In this document: positions 25,311 to 27,220 of the stretch, one piece after another
Layout of the letters: each line of letters begins with the position of its first letter
Position numbering within the stretch: position 1 is the stretch's first letter
The notes under the pieces: model-generated
What the model was told of the DNA's origin: nothing
Seen by the model: the letters and a program-made list of their open reading frames with translations, nothing else
Database searches by the model: none
Position numbers and translations under genes: made by a program
Virus record (IMG/VR): IMGVR_UViG_3300042892_002367
Coordinates: 1-27,220 of that record
Reading direction: 5' to 3' (one strand)
DNA length: 27,220 nt
Source: a virus
Lineage: Duplodnaviria; Caudoviricetes

Positions 25311-25329
25311 GGCGTATTTACAACAGTCA

Positions 25330-25358
25330 AAAGGTAGTACTTTTGTAGTACTACTTTT
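25330..25358. repeat. Inverted/direct repeat in the divergent intergenic region
   Basis: GTAGTACT (25334-25341) and AGTACTAC (25347-25354) are reverse complements, flanked by AAA(G) and TTTT; GTAGTACT is also directly repeated at 25345-25352. Confidence 0.6.
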
Positions 25359-25361
25359 CGG

Positions 25362-25390
25362 TTGACCGAATATGCCCGAAATGCTATAAT
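25362..25390 (+). promoter_or_regulatory. Strong sigma70 (early-type) promoter
   Basis: TTGACC - 17 nt - TATAAT with TGn extension (ATGCTATAAT). Confidence 0.85.
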
Positions 25391-25396
25391 ACACAC

Positions 25397-25729
25397 ATGA
25401 TGAGAAAGAAACGCACTGATCGAACCCACATTGTGTACATGATCCAAATTGGATTAGAGTACTACATTGGTATTACCGCTAAAACTCAGCGTACAATCAA
25501 CATGTCTATTCGTAGCCGTGTAAACAAACACATCTACCGTAGCCGCACTGAAGACAAGAGCTGGAACCTGTACGAAGCAATTCGTGCCGCAGGCGAAGCC
25601 GCTGTTAACTATGCAATCGTGGACATTGTGCGTGGCAAAGATGTTGCACACAAGTTAGAACGCGAGTTAATACAAAAGTACACACCTGCGTTGAACACTG
25701 ATGTGCGTGTGAAATCGGTTGCCCAATAA
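25397..25729 (+). CDS. GIY-YIG family nuclease-like protein
   Basis: IVY...YYIGIT....R...H, LERELI, PALN; 110 aa single domain. Confidence 0.7.
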   Translation: MMRKKRTDRTHIVYMIQIGLEYYIGITAKTQRTINMSIRSRVNKHIYRSRTEDKSWNLYEAIRAAGEAAVNYAIVDIVRGKDVAHKLERELIQKYTPALNTDVRVKSVAQ

Positions 25730-25747
25730 TGGGTAAAGTGCTATAAT
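25719..25747 (+). promoter_or_regulatory. Strong sigma70 (early-type) promoter
   Basis: TTGCCC - 17 nt - TATAAT with TGn extension; same TCGGTTG.CC context as the 25362 promoter. Confidence 0.8.
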
Positions 25748-25780
25748 AACCACATAGACAGCAACAAATAGGAGCCGAAT

Positions 25781-26152
25781 ATGGAAGCATTCAAAACCTG
25801 GGAAGAGATGACAGATCTTGAGCAAGCCCAATGCACTTATTGGGACATGTACAAGGACGCATATGGTTATCGTCCTCGCGGTGTTGATACCAGTGCCTGG
25901 ACCCTGGCAGACTTTGAACAGGAGTTTGCCAGCCTAGGCTCTGTTATCCAGCGTGAAGAAGCGGACCGCAAGACAGCCGAAGCTCACGCTATTGACAAGT
26001 TTGAAGATCGTATAGCCAGTCTCATGCACACTGGTGCCAACCGTGAGCGTGTGATTGCATGGCTCATGGATGCTGAACACGCCAACGGCGATCACGAGTA
26101 TTTTTGTTTCACTCAGGGCTTGCCCTACGGTTATTTTAGAAAGGCAGCATGA
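25781..26152 (+). CDS. Hypothetical protein (early-region type)
   Basis: AGGAG SD; 123 aa, contains WDMYKDAYGYRPRG. Confidence 0.8.
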   Translation: MEAFKTWEEMTDLEQAQCTYWDMYKDAYGYRPRGVDTSAWTLADFEQEFASLGSVIQREEADRKTAEAHAIDKFEDRIASLMHTGANRERVIAWLMDAEHANGDHEYFCFTQGLPYGYFRKAA

Positions 26153-26370
26153 TGAAATTCACAGTTGAATGGAATGACCGAATGCTTCGTTGGGACGTGG
26201 TTCGTTGGGCTACCACTGCGGAAGGTGTGTATACAATGTATACTGGCACCACAGTGGATCGATATGCTACACTAGACGAAGCAGAAGAAATCTGTGCATA
26301 TCACACAGACATGATGAACCCTGCCCTGTGGGCAGACGTTGGTTGTGAATTTGATCGGGAGTTAGCATAA
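26149..26370 (+). CDS. Hypothetical protein
   Basis: 73 aa ORF with ATGA overlap. Confidence 0.65.
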   Translation: MMKFTVEWNDRMLRWDVVRWATTAEGVYTMYTGTTVDRYATLDEAEEICAYHTDMMNPALWADVGCEFDRELA

Positions 26371-26564
26371 TGTGGTCTTTAGTACTTTTTACTATTGTCC
26401 CAATGGAACCTTTGTTCATGCTTGGCGAGATTGGGCAATACAAAGCATTCAATCAATGTGTGTATGCTCAAAACATCACACAACCCACAGTTTCGTCAAC
26501 AAATCCTGATGGTCTTTTGCTTTGCATCAAAGATTTTAAAAATACATATGGAGAAGAACAATGA
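26370..26564 (+). CDS. Small protein with hydrophobic N-terminus
   Basis: TAATG overlap, GGGAG SD, MWSLVLFTIV...C...C pattern. Confidence 0.55.
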   Translation: MWSLVLFTIVPMEPLFMLGEIGQYKAFNQCVYAQNITQPTVSSTNPDGLLLCIKDFKNTYGEEQ

Positions 26565-26782
26565 CTACTGCAAAAAGTGCCAATGGTGTTGAAGGATGCT
26601 TGATACGCGGGCATGACGGAACATATTATTTCCGTGTGTACGATGCTGACCACAATTTTCGGGACTATGACGTGATGCACAGTGATCTGAGCATTACAAT
26701 CACAGACCCCGATGCGTTCTTTTACACAGATGAATACAGTGATCGACTGGATCATGCTCCTGCCACACTGGGACTAGAATAA
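26561..26782 (+). CDS. Hypothetical protein
   Basis: GGAG SD, ATGA overlap; 73 aa. Confidence 0.7.
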   Translation: MTTAKSANGVEGCLIRGHDGTYYFRVYDADHNFRDYDVMHSDLSITITDPDAFFYTDEYSDRLDHAPATLGLE

Positions 26783-27045
26783 TGGCCACAAAACACAACG
26801 ATGATGATTTTGATTTTCCAGACCGGCCTGTGGAGCCTGATCCTTCACCAAAGGTAATTGTGCAAGCCGAAGATCTGCATCTTGGTGCTGCCACTGTGCG
26901 ACCCGTGGGTCGTAGTTGGGCAGAACAGCATGGCCCACAACCCCCGGGTATAGGACTGCAAACTTTGGATTTCTTAATCATTGCCATGTTTGCTGGATCT
27001 GTGTTGTTGTTCATCAAAGCATGCACTTGGGCGTTGTTCAGTTAG
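26782..27045 (+). CDS. Small membrane protein (C-terminal TM helix)
   Basis: TAATG overlap; hydrophobic FLIIAMFAGSVLLFI segment. Confidence 0.65.
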   Translation: MATKHNDDDFDFPDRPVEPDPSPKVIVQAEDLHLGAATVRPVGRSWAEQHGPQPPGIGLQTLDFLIIAMFAGSVLLFIKACTWALFS

Positions 27046-27094
27046 GCAAAATTGCTCTAGCTAGGTTCCGGGGCTAAGGCGTTGTATATAGTAC

Positions 27095-27220
27095 ATGAAA
27101 CGAGAACTTGTCAACCAAGTACGCGAACTGCTAGAACGCAATCTCAGCACTGCCGAAATAGCACACAGAATGGGCATTGACATAGACTTGGTCAAAATAG
27201 CCACCAATCTCATCAATCAA
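27095..27220 (+). CDS. Partial helix-turn-helix protein (runs off the window)
   Basis: MKRELVNQVRELLERNLSTAEIAHRMGIDIDLVKIATNLINQ; LSTAEIAHRMGI matches an HTH pattern. Confidence 0.55.
   Translation, partial: MKRELVNQVRELLERNLSTAEIAHRMGIDIDLVKIATNLINQ

Noticed and set aside
25311-25394. N-terminal extension of the minus-strand ORF to 25394
   Set aside because: Runs through the divergent promoter and palindrome; ATG 25310 is more plausible.
27046-27094. Rho-independent terminator
   Set aside because: Only a weak stem (CTAGCTAG palindrome) and no U-tract.
1-27220. CRISPR array, IS element, tRNA or rRNA genes, stop-codon recoding
   Set aside because: No spaced repeats, transposase or RNA-gene patterns seen; the standard code gives full-length, tightly packed genes using all three stops.

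Overview
Replication and DNA-modification region of a large T4-like dsDNA bacteriophage. It is almost entirely + strand and densely packed, with many ATGA/TAATG stop-start overlaps. It opens with a B-family DNA polymerase, a degenerate methyltransferase-fold protein and a sliding clamp-like protein. These are followed by a dispersed 7-deazaguanine pathway: a TGT-like DpdA, a DpdL-like T-fold protein, FolE, QueD and QueE, with no QueC, QueF or Gat-QueC in the window. The pathway genes are interleaved with sugar and tailoring genes: GT-B and GT-A glycosyltransferases, GalE, a minimal DegT-like aminotransferase, a TagD-like cytidylyltransferase, a cobalamin-binding radical SAM enzyme, a SAM methyltransferase, three SGNH-like paralogs and two GT10-like paralogs. 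The window ends with a 5'-3' exonuclease/RNase H, a MazG-like pyrophosphohydrolase, a GIY-YIG protein and a block of small genes behind strong sigma70 promoters. Best candidate for a new system: a QueC-independent, possibly glycosylated or methylated deazaguanine DNA hypermodification, in which DpdA shares a C-terminal FxxLFx(F/Y) putative clamp-binding motif with the polymerase. All calls come from motif recognition by eye; no database searches were run.
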